64,000 nucleotides of DNA from Trichoplax adhaerens. Taxonomy: Eukaryota > Animalia > Placozoa. The notes beneath the pieces are model-generated. The model did not search any database, had not been told where the DNA came from, and was given only the letters and a program-made list of their open reading frames with translations. The stretch covers positions 69,683 to 133,682 of the forward strand of contig NW_002060982.1 in assembly GCF_000150275.1 (NCBI RefSeq), given 5' to 3'. Below, in pieces: positions 51,726 through 64,000 of the stretch. Positions within the stretch are counted from its first letter, which is position 1. The number at the start of each line of letters is the position of its first letter. Position numbers and translations under genes: made by a program.

Positions 51726-52441
51726 ATGTCGATGTTAAGTCAAGGATGTGAGCGACCAGCTAAGAGTAGTAAATTACGCTTGTATGGGACAAGATTTGAT
51801 GCTTACTGTGTCGGATTTCGCCTAATGCTTATGGCTAAGGGAGTTGATTTCGAATTTGCTTTGCTTGATATGATTAACAAGCCAGATTGGTTCAAAGAGG
51901 TCAACCCAACTGGTAGAGTACCTACTGTGGAATTTGGAGACGAAACGGTCGGAGAGACCTTGGTGATTTACGATCATATTGAAAATAAATTTCCAGAAAA
52001 ACCCATGCGCCCAACTGATGCTTAGAAAAAAGCTAAAGATGCTGAATTAATGTCGCGTTTCGCTGAGCATTTTGCACCTCACATCTATGGAATGGTTAGA
52101 GCCCCGAAGGACCATATAGATGCTGTCAAGTCCGGATTAGAGAAAGTGAATAAAGTTTTACCTCATCGAGCAACTGATTACTTTGGTGGTTCCTCTCCCA
52201 ATTTAGTTGATTTTTATGTATGGGGTTGGGTAGGATTGCTACCACCTTTACATAGAGTTCATAAACTAAAAGCAACTACTCGGAGGGTCATCATAACCAT
52301 TACTTGGCTTGGTTGTCTCGCATGAAAGAACATCCTTTAGTTCTGGCTGAACGAAAGTACGTCAAAGTCGATGTGGATATCCAGACACAGTTTATACAAT
52401 CTGCACTCGATGGAAAAGCAAATCACTTAATTGGGTATTAA
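51726..52441 (+). pseudogene. Omega-like GST copy 6, pseudogene
   Basis: In-frame TAG at 52023-52025 where paralogues have Tyr (PTDA*KKAKD vs PTDPYKKAQD), plus a 1-nt deletion near 52274. The shifted frame continues HYLAWLSRM...LIGY* to 52441. Confidence 0.85.
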
Positions 52442-52571
52442 ACTTCATTCTATTTTAGAGATTGTAACGAGCCTTCAGTACAGTAGTGTACTTTAAAGGA
52501 GAGAATTTGCTTTTGTTTAAATTACTTTGGATCAATTTTGCTAATTTAATATGATTAGCGGCTGTAGATCC

Positions 52572-52678
52572 ATTCTATAATTTTACATATTATTTATTTT
52601 TGTTAAGTTCATGCAGCGGAGAAATTCTATAACTTTACATATTAATTATTTTTGTTACATTCGTGCTGCCAAGAAATT
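52572..52678 (+). repeat. 52-bp imperfect tandem duplication
   Basis: ttctataa.tttacatatta.ttatttttgtta at 52573 and 52625. Confidence 0.8.
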
Positions 52679-55600
52679 AAATGTACGGTAATGTTTTACA
52701 TACTGTAGATGTAAGTGATTGCTTTCAACAGTGCTGAAATTGATTGATCTAGCTCACGTAGAACAACCCATGGAAGCATAGGCTATTAAAAAATAATTTT
52801 TTGCGATTTAAGGTATATTAGACTTATTTACTTAAAAGGTATATCGCATTATTATAATATTGGACAGAGTCTGTGATCTTGTTTTAAGTTTTGATCCAAT
52901 TTGCTCCTTAATCTCATAAAGACTTCTCTTGTGTACAAACTACGTTAAGGTACAGTATTGCACAAAATATATAAATAAATTAATACCGTTGTAGATGATA
53001 TAATTTAACTTTGGATAACTTGCATTGGTTTGCATTCTGAGATTTCCCGGATTTATAATCTGAATTTGGGATTTAGAGCATCACCTAAAATTTGATACAA
53101 ACTCATGATAGCCAATATTGCGCTGTGGAACAACGGAACTATATTCAGTATACTAATGCACATTATTTGAGGACATTGTACGCACGTATGAGCAATTATA
53201 AGTTCAATTTATGTTATTTCCGGGATCGTATAAGCACACGGACTACAAATTTAACTAACATTAAATGATTTCAGAATCTGTGTTAAAGTTTTGAGGTATG
53301 CATGTTCACTGTGTATTGTGCCGCATGTACGTTGCCTGGGATCGTACTGTTCATATTAAATTAAATTAAATTTAATTTATTACGCATTGGACAAAAAGTA
53401 TCAAAGGATATTACTGGCTTTATTGCATCAATTAGAAAATGATTGCAGTTCAAAGTAAAATTGAGCTGCAATGGAGTTTACAGGTACGGCTTGTAAAAGT
53501 GCTTGATTATGCAAGCCTTCCAAGGATTGCCAGATTCTCCGATAATTTTATAATACAGTATATTTAATCCATCCATACCTATATAGAGCTGGGTAATGGG
53601 CAGCTTCATTCGATTTATGCTAATGAGGTATAGCATACTTTTCGAGGATATTGATTTTAAAGAATACGCTATGAGACAGTCTTAAAGTTACCTATAGATT
53701 TTGCTGTTAATCGTGTTCTTCGCTACAGCAAACGCTACATATTTGAAATGTTATTAACAGTGTTTAGTATGAACTTTGTACGCGCCCACTACAATGTTAA
53801 TTTGATTAGCGCTTTGTCCTAGGATTGAGTTCTACAAAGAAAGAAATGGCAAAGTTTAAATGTATGATATGTGGCTTAATTTTCTAATAGTAGGAAAATG
53901 ACTATCAATAACTAAAGGTATTTTTTCAGCATTATTTGAATTGGGTAATTTGTAAGATTGCAATTTATTCAACGTACTAAGTGCACCATTGGTATACTAT
54001 ATGGCCGTTACTATTTTTTACGATAAGAGACTTCATCAATGCCGTTGACTGAGGGCTGCAAATTACTGAACAACCAGAATTATGTAAAAAATTGAACTAT
54101 CCAAGTGTATAACGAATTTCTAATATTACTATTTATTATTTTTCTTTTGTAAAAACTGATGTAATTCTCTTAAAGAATCTGCCACAATTAGGGGAAAATA
54201 TCAGTGTTGATAGTGATCAATATAGTATTTAATCAATTGACTCTACTTCTATGAGTATTGTACCTTTTAGTATCAGTGTTTTCTAAGTAAAAGTCCTGTA
54301 TTTATGGGTCCTTTAACCACAACAATTCCAGTTATTATTAATATTAACATTATTAATAGAGTTATTTACCGTTACTAGATTTAAACTATTTTTATAGAAT
54401 CCATTCGCAACTGATGACGAAACACGGTATTAGCAGATGAAATACTAATAATAATTAGTTTTGGACCCTCAAGCGGATCTCTGAATTCCGATCAAACTGC
54501 AAAATGGTAGCAGTAATTACGTAGCTTCATAATACTATAATTCCACTATGTTTTAGATTTACACGATATCAATAGCAAGTAATGAAGACCTTTGCAGTAA
54601 TTTTACTGGTATTCACCTCGATAAAGTTGATCTACCGTTAATAATGCTCTAGAAGTTTAAGAATACATGCTTATTAATACTATATTCTGTAAAGTCTAGA
54701 TTTACATTCCAACCATCAACGATTTTATAAACTATCATATTTAATTTACAATGTATCACTTTTACTGTCAATATTTTAAGATTGAATCAATATCAAGATG
54801 ATTTCCTATTTCCTTTACAGCATAATCTATTGATTTAAGTGTCGAATATGTCAATAAATGCTTCAACCTCAAATCAATATGTTCATTAAATAGAATCACA
54901 TATATAGTCATTAATCCGGTAATAGAAGGATAGAGCTGATATAGTAATGGTGTTTCAATGCCAGATGTTCATCCAGTAAATGACGTCAAAGATGACAATG
55001 GTCGGAATTTAGCTGATTGGAAGTTTCATGATCATAGTAATGTCTCTATGAAGATGATTTATTAAAACTGATAAAACAGAGCTGATCTCACTTATTATAG
55101 CAGATGGTCTTGAATGCAACTCTAGGTGGCATATTGTTATGATACATAAAGACAGCTGACAGTAAAGAAAATTTATATTTCTATTGCTGCATCATGGCTT
55201 CCAGAAAGGTAAAAAATCATAGAATTTTATTTCAAGATAAAATTGAAGATAACTCCTCTAAAAAATTCGGCACTGGGAAATATAATCGTAAAGCGCTAGA
55301 TGCTATATTAAAATGTGAATTTTGGGTGGAAGAACAAATCAGAGAATTATATCACGTAGAGGTAAACTGACACGATATCACAATTCTATATTACATGATA
55401 ATTATTGGTTTGTGCTGGTAAAATATAAACTGCTAAGGCATAGAATTATTGTAAATTGAGGCATTTGAGGTTTTAAATGTTTGCTACTTCCACGGGCTAT
55501 ATTTTGTCATCATACTTCCTTGTAGGGCTGCTTAATGCAACAAAGCACATTATTGTCATTATTATCATTACATTTAGGAAAAATTACGTTTTCTAAATTG

Positions 55601-58600
55601 CCCTAAATTTGGCTGATATTGCGGCACTAATATTCCTATTGGAAGCAAATTGTTAGATTTGAGCATTCGTACCAAATGTGATAATTAGTAGGTTATTCGT
55701 CAAGCCATGCTATAATGAAAGGGGTTATGACATCTATTTACGTGCAATTACTAACGAAACCAGAACATCCTAGTCAAACATTAGCTCCAGTTCTACAATT
55801 TCAATCAATTTGTACTACTCCTATATTAGCGATATTACCAATAATCTAAGAATCTTATTTAATGTTATCTTCAGAATTTAGTACTTCACCTGACCCAATA
55901 ATATCTTTGCTTTTGATCTTAATCACCACGAATTACAAGTAGGGTTAATGTTCTAAGATAAATATTATTTATTATCGTTAATTGCCTTCATACAGTAATA
56001 TAATAAATCAATAAGGAGTTTTTTGCTTCAGTTTAGCATCATTAATTCTAGTATAATCTAATTAAAAGTAAATTTAATTTTCACACTATCTATTAAAAAT
56101 CTGAGATTTCAGATTATGTTTAATTATATCTAGGACTACAAAGAATTACCTGTACATATTGATGTCTATGCTCTGATGGATATAACGGATTCAACCCGGC
56201 AGCGAAATGCAATCGAAGTAAGTGTATTCGTATATGCAGTGTCATAAATAATGATCCACTATTAAGTATATTAATGTTTAAAAAAATTTTAATAGCCATT
56301 GCAGCAGGAAGGATATTTGGATAGATAATTATAATCATGGAGTTGGTACTAAATTTCAGCAGTTAAAGTTAAAATTAGTAGAGACTAAATCTAGCATCCT
56401 ACCGATCATAGATTGATTTATGGAATACGGCTCTTGATTCAACATAACTTATTAAGTCTAAATTTGTTAGTAATTAAAAAATTTTGCGATGACACCATTC
56501 CAGTTAGTACGAAAATATTGACAGCTTTCAAACCAACTCCGCATTAAAAGCCTAAGATTTGACAGCGATATATTTAAGAATGTTTTCTTATTGTAAAATG
56601 CTATCATGTACTCTCTGCAATTTGTTCTGTTTCTTTTAACTTTTTCCTAAAGATGTAAAAGTACAGTAATTGTTGTGGTCTTAAATCATCTTTTGATAAT
56701 GAAAGCCAAACGAATTCTTTTGTAATAACAAGCTAGCAAGACTTAATCATAATTTTAAATCTAAGCTTTTCTGAAAGTTTTTAAAACACAAATGAAAATC
56801 GAATTAATGACATTTTAATCTAGTCAACATTTGCTATTAGCTATCAAACTACTAAGTAAAAATATAATGATGCTAACTAGAGGCAGTAAATTCCTATAGC
56901 ATTGCTATTAATACCAGAAAATTGTTAAGTCCAATTATGTACTGCATGTAGGTTATTTTCTCATATAATCAATAGTAGAGCACTGTCCATGGCACTACCT
57001 ATATTGCACAAATAAAAAAATAGATTATAAATAATGGATCATATACGACACTTTATGTAACGATCAACTAACGGCATTTAATAGTAGAGTGAAATTAGAG
57101 GATTTGATATGACAATATTTGATAATACGGCATCTAAATTGTTCTAATCATTCATTTCCCTACATTTATCTTACGACATTTTCCCCATTTCTGTTTAAAA
57201 TAACTTTATTAAACAGTTATGTATCGACATAACAGCATGTAGCTAGGAGATTCTGATAGCCTTTGGTATGTCAAATGATCAACGCAAAGTAATCAATATC
57301 TTCATTTTGAATAACTAGTTTGTATTTTGATTTATTAAGGATAAGGAGGCTGAAGGTAGTTTAAAATTTTTCTGACTTGTTTCAATGAGTCAGCTACTTA
57401 GTATAAATATAAAGTATCTACCTGTATTTGCAATGTTAAATTTATATAAAATCCTTTTCTGACACACTATGAAATTTCGCATATCGCATCATACGATCCA
57501 AAAGAGATACAAATTAAACTTAAGTTTTCTTTCGTGTTATTTGTTAGTTTTAGGAACCTAAATTTTGTTTATTAACTTCTCTAGAAGCGTTTGTCTTAAG
57601 ACAAGCTGGAAACAATTATTTTTCAATTTTTAATTGTTTCTTATTTTCTTATAGGCCCAACTCAGAAAATCGCCTTCCCCAAAGGAGGTAATATTAAATT
57701 TATAACTATCACTGCACGGTATTAACGTACTGTCTATTTAACGTCAATCTATGTAAATTTCAAAACGCTTCAATATTGATTTTGTGAAGCTGTTACTAGA
57801 TATTGAATATTTACTTCCAGTATCTTTACGAAACTTAGCTACATTATGTATAAGTCGATGACTAGAGATTAAATTATAGTCTATCATTAATTTTCGTAGA
57901 GATTATGTAGAGCCTTTCCTACCTCGCATAATTTTAACATTTAGTTCTAATTAATTAAATATGAAATGGATTAGTTAAATTATTTGTACTAATAATTAAG
58001 TTACCAAATTGTCACACTCCATGTATTATATCAAGCTACAATTTACATTAGTGATACTATGGGATTTCTGTAGAATCAGATAAACTAATATAAATAGTTT
58101 GCATTGCAGTTAAATTTAAATATAGCCAATTTGAAATTAAAGTAATCTTTAATATACTAGAAAAGTAGTAGTGACAAGAATAGATTCAGTGGGCTAATTA
58201 AGTCGTTAGAAAAGCAGCCTAAGGCGAGAATTCTTTGCTACTGTCATGTAGATTTACAAGCGACAAGCCAATAGAAGTGAATTAAGCACTGAAAATAATA
58301 AGCTTTCACCAATACTAATTACTTTTATTTTTATGTTAATCTAGAATTTCGTCAACGTTTTAATGGGTAAACTTGAAGAGTTACATCATTTAAATAACTG
58401 AAACTAGAATTGACGTAAATGTTGCACCTTGCTTGTGGTTAAATTGGATATAATAATAGTAGAACCTTGTCATATCGTACAAATATATATTAGCCACATA
58501 AGATGACCGTAATTCAATAAACCTTAAGGAAGGCTAATCGATGACTTCGATATACTTCATATGCAAAATGATTATTTTTGATTCGATTCGATTTGAATGT

Positions 58601-60309
58601 TTATTAATGACGTAAAACTGTATTCTATCCTGTCAACCCTTTATAAAAATTAATATTATTCTGGTTATAGATTGTAACAATCCGAATTTTGAGATTTAAT
58701 GATCCTTTGCATTGTGTATAGTTATTACTATTTATTTGTAAAAGTGTCTTCAAATCCGCTGTTTTTCTAATAGCAACTGAAGAAACTTTTTCTGTAGGTT
58801 TTATAAATAAAATGCTGAATGATGTACTTATTATCCGTAAATGTAAGTGTGTTATGGCTAGACTAAATGTGTAACTGTGTTGGTGTACATAGATATTTAC
58901 TTTAGACTATTATACACTCTGAAACAGGGCCAATATTAGACTGCAATTACCTCCATTATTTACTTCTCAAAGTGCCACTGTACTGTCTACCTGATGATAA
59001 CGAACCTTAGTTATTATTATACAGTGTAAAAGTGTATGACATATGCATCTAAGTCTTGGGTATTTTATCCTAATTAACGGCATTTCTATCACTAACTGGT
59101 ATTGCATTATACTCGCGTGGTAATCATTTCATAGAATAATTTGAAAAATGAATCAAGATTAATAAAAGTAATGAATGCGTACAGCGCGGTTGACTTCCTG
59201 TATGAGCTGATGTACTATTTTAATCATATATCCTTGTAAGTGATTTTCATATTGATTTAACTGTCTATCTGTAGCTTGCGTATAACAAGTTACTGTGAAT
59301 ATACATATTTTAGTGAATATTTGCACGGCTACAGATAGGTAAACAGGTTTAATGACCAGATAGCACACTAAGAATACAGAAGGCTGAGTGTACATTAGTT
59401 CAGATGTCTAAGGTATAATTTCAGTTTACTATGTGCAATTGTAAAATATCCACAAGTACAATCCTGGACATAATCCATAGATCATCACGATGTATAATGT
59501 GAATGATGAAAAAATGTTGTTGGAGTCACAAAAATTTTGTCAGTACGAAGGTGATTTATTTTGCTTTGACTAAAAATCGCCAATTTAATAACTTGATTGT
59601 AAATCTTGTAGGAAAACAGATGCTATAGTAAAGGTAAAAAAGCCCCGATAATAAATGGTACGATAGCCATAGCAATGCGTTAGGGACTGGAGTTTCAAAG
59701 ATATTGCATTTAAGGGTTGGATTAGTTGAAATTCGCTATTGATTAAGTGCTGTAAAAATGCAAAACGCCTCGGTATGCAACATTAGCAGGTCTCAATAGC
59801 TATCGTCTGATTGGCTCGGAGTGACTCGAAGGAGTCCTATTCAAGCATAACGCTGGGTATTGACATTTTCGATGTTGCTTTAAGAAGAATAGAGGCTGAT
59901 TCTTTTGCAAGCAATTCCGTCTGAGATGTCGCTGTGTCTCTGAAACGTAGAACAGAATGAACTTTGTAAGTCTAATAAAAGAATGATTAACTTTGTTCTC
60001 AAAGGACTCTAGTGGGCCCACTGACGACTACAATATTATTAATTAATAATATAACACGGATACTAGCAATAGTTATACAATTATCTAAATGTTAGCTTAC
60101 GGCCAATGTCTGAAGTTGGGCGCTACGCGTATTGGCCAGTATGCAGTATACAATATAGTATAATTTATCCGATTGAGTCATGCGCGTATACTGTACAATG
60201 TACATGTACCGCAAGCAAGGGTTCCTCTACCAGTTAACCTTTAACCTTAACTAAGTACTGCAGTGTACAGTACTTTATACAGTAATTTACAGTAGCCTGT
60301 ACTGTATAA

Positions 60310-60544
60310 AAATGACTCACATCAGCCAAAACTATCAAGACTTTAGTAGCCAATGATACGATGTATGCGTTCAGAAATCTGGAATAAATGACTCAAATCA
60401 GTCAAAATGATCAAGATTTCAGTAGCCAATGATACAATGTATGCGTTCAGAAATCTGGAATAAATGACTCAAATCAGTCAAAATGATCAAGATTTGTGTA
60501 AGATTTTAGTAGCCAATGATATGCGGTCAGAGATCTGGAATAAA
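60310..60544 (+). repeat. 76-bp tandem repeat x3; each unit carries TGACTCA and AGCCAAT
   Basis: Units start at 60310, 60386 and 60462 (aaatgactca..tcag.caaaa...tcaaga.tt..agtagccaatgata..tatgcg.tcaga.atctggaat). Confidence 0.9.
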
Positions 60545-61725
60545 TACAGTACTGTAGACATGGACGACATACAGTATATCATTTACAGTACAATGTACTG
60601 TCAATTCAGCTTCTTTTCCAAGCTATTGAATGAATTTCTTTGGCTAATCACAGGCTGGTAATGAATCAATGGCGCAGCACTGGTATGATAGAAGCGCTTT
60701 AAAATAAAAATAGTTTGACTTTATGCAGTAAGAATAAGACTGCTATAGCCAGATATTTCGAACTGAAGTTACGATAAGAATACCTCTTATTTGATCAATC
60801 GTTTATTCATCATGATTGAACCACCAAGTTGTTAAAACAACTTTTTCAAAAGACAAGAAACGAACATTGTTAGAAACTGCTATACTAAAGGTTGTGGTAA
60901 ACGTCATTATAGGATACACGTATGTACGAATATAGACACGATGACAAGTTCTCTTGTTTTCATCACTACTGAAAGTATATATTTGAAAAAAGAGTTGATC
61001 TTCAAGACCCAGTAATAGTAGACTTGCATAATGAAATATTGCTTTGTCTTGGTAATTGCATGCCTTTAGCCAAAACTTGTCAATAAAATGATGACCAATG
61101 TTGATCAGTTTCGGTCACATACATTACAGATACGTTTTCCTGTAGTTTTTAGGACATTGAATGCAACTCTTCATGGAAATTTGTTTACCGCCAACTTTGA
61201 CATTAGAAGATCCAACTCTTTAAGATAGTACTCGTATTATTCATATTTACTTCATTTGCTGCTTGTTGTGATAGTGAATTTCATTGAATGGATCAACTGT
61301 TATGATCAATGCATGAATAAGAATAATAACAACACTATATCCAAAGGTAGTGTACAGTACCTTTATTGTCAGCCAACGTCAATGGTCAATGCCAAATAGA
61401 ATAACATAATGCGATCACTATTTCATGTAATCAAAAGATTTAATTAAAACTCAATCTTCCGCATAGGCTACAAGATAAGAATGCAATGATGAACAAGAAT
61501 TTGATTGAAGCAGCAAGTTCTGAACCTACCAGATAACACATTTATGAAAGCTATACCGGATATAATAAATATAGTCGGGATATCTTGCTTTTTTATAAAA
61601 CTCAACTGTTCATTTGCCTTAAAGGACTCAATTTCGCTACAAATAGATCGCATACTAGGTATCGCTGTGTTCATACACTATTTGGAAAGGATATTGATAT
61701 CTTCTATATCTGAATAACCTGGATC

Positions 61726-63195
61726 ATGTGGCAAATAGTTCTTCTTAGCGCTATCGTTGGGCTTATAATTTATATGTTTTATACCCACTATATTCTGCCC
61801 TTGTATCACTTCAAAAGTAAAGATATACCACACCCGAAGGCAAAAATTGTTTTCGGTAATGTCCTAGATGATTGGTATCATGGCAGTCATGTAAATCAAA
61901 TACGAAATATACAAAACTTTGGTCGTGTCTATGGAACTTTGATTGGAACAGTTCCTATCATATGGATATCTGACCCTGACATGATTAAGGAAATAACTAC
62001 TAAAAAGTTTCATTGCTTTGTTAATAGACATCAAGACATTCCATTAACTATCGATGTACTATGCTACGGTATTGTCATTGCACGCGATGAGAGATGGAAA
62101 CGTATCCGTCGAATTCTGTCTCCAACTTTTAGTACATCCAAATTAAAGCAGGCTCTAGTCGTAATTAATGATACCAGTCAGCAAGTCGTAGATAATTTGA
62201 TTCATTCATTGTCATCAGAAGAATGCCATCAAACACAAGCTATCAATTACACCAAGATGTACACTACTGCTATTCTGAAATCAACTTTAGCAAATTCATT
62301 TGGCGTATATTCAGACATTACTAGAGATGGTAAACTTGGTAAGGCAATCCACACCATCTTTCATAATCAGGGTTCGGCGGTAATGTTAGCATCTATTTCG
62401 CCTTTTCTAACGAAGTATTTTGCTAAATTAATACCTGGTACATTCGAAGCCTTCAATGTTTTAGATGATACTGTTAAGCAAGCAATTAGGGCTAGAAGAA
62501 AGGAAAATCCTTCGAACAGACGTAAAGATTTATTAAATCTGTTATTGGAATCACAAGATAGTGAAACATTAAGCGAAAAGGAAATATCTGCTCAGGCAAC
62601 AACATTTCTTCTTGGAGGTTATGAATCGACAAGAAATACATTAATTTTTGCAACATATTTAATTACTACTCATCCTGAAATTCAACAAAAGTTGATCGAT
62701 GAAATTGATAGCTATAGTCCTGATCAAGAATCATTAACTTATGACGTTATATCTAAATTACCCTACTTAGATATGGTTGTTAGTGAAGTACTACGCTTAT
62801 ATCCCTCTTTTCCAGAAATTAGTCGTGATGTAGAGCAGGATGTTACTATCGCAGGAGTAAAATTATGCAAAGGTGATGCAATTAAGATTCCAGTGTATGG
62901 TATACATCGTGACAGTGAATTTTGGCCAAATCCTGAAAAATTTTTACCGGAAAGGTTTAGTGCTGAATCGACCCAAAAACGTCATAATTGCTGTTACTTA
63001 CCATTTGGACTAGGTCCTCGTTCGTGTATTGGTTTGAGGTTGGCGTTATTTACAATTAAAGTATTTCTAGTAAAGCAGTTGCAACAATTCGAATTTAAGG
63101 TTTGTGAACAAACTGTTACTTCTTTGGAGATTGAAGCTAAGGCGTCGTTGTCGCCATTAAGCGATCTCTTTGTGCAAATAGTAAAAAGAAAATAA
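61726..63195 (+). CDS. Cytochrome P450, clan 3-like (CYP3/5/6/9-type), 489 aa, intronless
   Basis: N-terminal anchor, DPDMIKEI..K.F..F.NR, WKRIRRILSPTFSTSKLK, I-helix GGYEST, EVLR (ExxR), PERF and heme motif FGLGPRSCIG. Confidence 0.96.
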   Translation: MWQIVLLSAIVGLIIYMFYTHYILPLYHFKSKDIPHPKAKIVFGNVLDDWYHGSHVNQIRNIQNFGRVYGTLIGTVPIIWISDPDMIKEITTKKFHCFVNRHQDIPLTIDVLCYGIVIARDERWKRIRRILSPTFSTSKLKQALVVINDTSQQVVDNLIHSLSSEECHQTQAINYTKMYTTAILKSTLANSFGVYSDITRDGKLGKAIHTIFHNQGSAVMLASISPFLTKYFAKLIPGTFEAFNVLDDTVKQAIRARRKENPSNRRKDLLNLLLESQDSETLSEKEISAQATTFLLGGYESTRNTLIFATYLITTHPEIQQKLIDEIDSYSPDQESLTYDVISKLPYLDMVVSEVLRLYPSFPEISRDVEQDVTIAGVKLCKGDAIKIPVYGIHRDSEFWPNPEKFLPERFSAESTQKRHNCCYLPFGLGPRSCIGLRLALFTIKVFLVKQLQQFEFKVCEQTVTSLEIEAKASLSPLSDLFVQIVKRK

Positions 63196-64000
63196 ATTTT
63201 ATCGTTTAAATTAAATTAATCCAACGAATTGAAACTGATGCAGCGCTTAAATATACAGTATACTATTTACGCTATTTAAAACTATTTAAAAATCAATCCA
63301 TGGATTGATATTCTTAATTTGATGTCTGCTTTACGTAGAGTATTAATACTGAATAATCATGTAATTGCTTATGATAATTATACTGTAATATTTTGTTGAA
63401 AGAAAATTACTAGCAGTGTCCTGCTATCGAAAGTGTCGAAGTTGTTCCTTTATTCGAAAATTAATTCAATTAGTAATCAATCTAAAGATCTTCCAAGGAA
63501 GAGCAACTCATGTCGTATTCATCCTGTATTTTGTGGACTCCTTGTCATTTTAACTTTATTTATGGATAGTATTCCTTATCGTATCATAATTTTATTACGC
63601 ATTTACAGTGGATATTTCTATTGTGTCTCTAAGCTATGACCCTACTAATAATTAAGGAGCTTGTTTCTGCATAAAAACGAGTGCATGTGTTTTGATTATA
63701 CACCACCAAAAACAGATCGAATAAATAAATTATTATTTATTCAGTGCAATACTAATTCGATTGCAGCGATCGCTTATAAATTATTTATTACTAGCTAGTC
63801 TTGTAGTTAGCATACAGTAATGGCTAATATATACCGTTGTATTTAACGTACGATTGCCGTGCAATCGATTTTACATCTGTCAATAGTTTTCGTTCAATAC
63901 AGCATAATCGACTGATGGCTACTAAAACTAATTTTAATTGCGGTCCATTTCTAGTGATAGCCAAAATATCGATTAATGTTTATCAAACCCTCCAAGGACA

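Noticed and set aside
52023-52025. Stop-codon readthrough or recoding in GST6
   Set aside because: The TAG replaces a Tyr codon by one substitution and a second, independent frameshift follows, so pseudogenisation is simpler.
60310-60544. CRISPR-like array, or the ORF at 60464-60661
   Set aside because: The units are contiguous tandem copies without unique spacers in eukaryotic DNA, and the ORF is a by-product of the repeat.

Overview
AT-rich, intron-containing animal genomic DNA. The compact genes and the TACAG/CTGTA simple repeats are consistent with a placozoan such as Trichoplax, but the organism is my inference. From left to right the window holds: (1) the 5' end of API5 (minus strand); (2) a divergent MANSC-domain, His/Pro-rich type I membrane protein; (3) a single-exon PTTG1IP-like gene; (4) a gene-poor stretch of about 13 kb with eroded LINE-like fragments; (5) an 11-exon class I bHLH-PAS gene (HIF-alpha/SIM/NPAS group) with a 9.5-kb first intron that apparently stops right after PAS-B; (6) six intronless omega-like GSTs (four intact, two disrupted), all with Asp replacing the catalytic Cys; (7) an intronless clan-3 cytochrome P450. 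The most interesting candidate system is a physically linked stress/chemical-defence module: a PAS sensor lacking a transactivation domain with ACGTG sites upstream, the Asp-type GST array with ARE-like sites, and a CYP preceded by a tandem AP-1/CCAAT repeat. All exon models are read by eye from splice signals and homology and have not been confirmed by transcripts.
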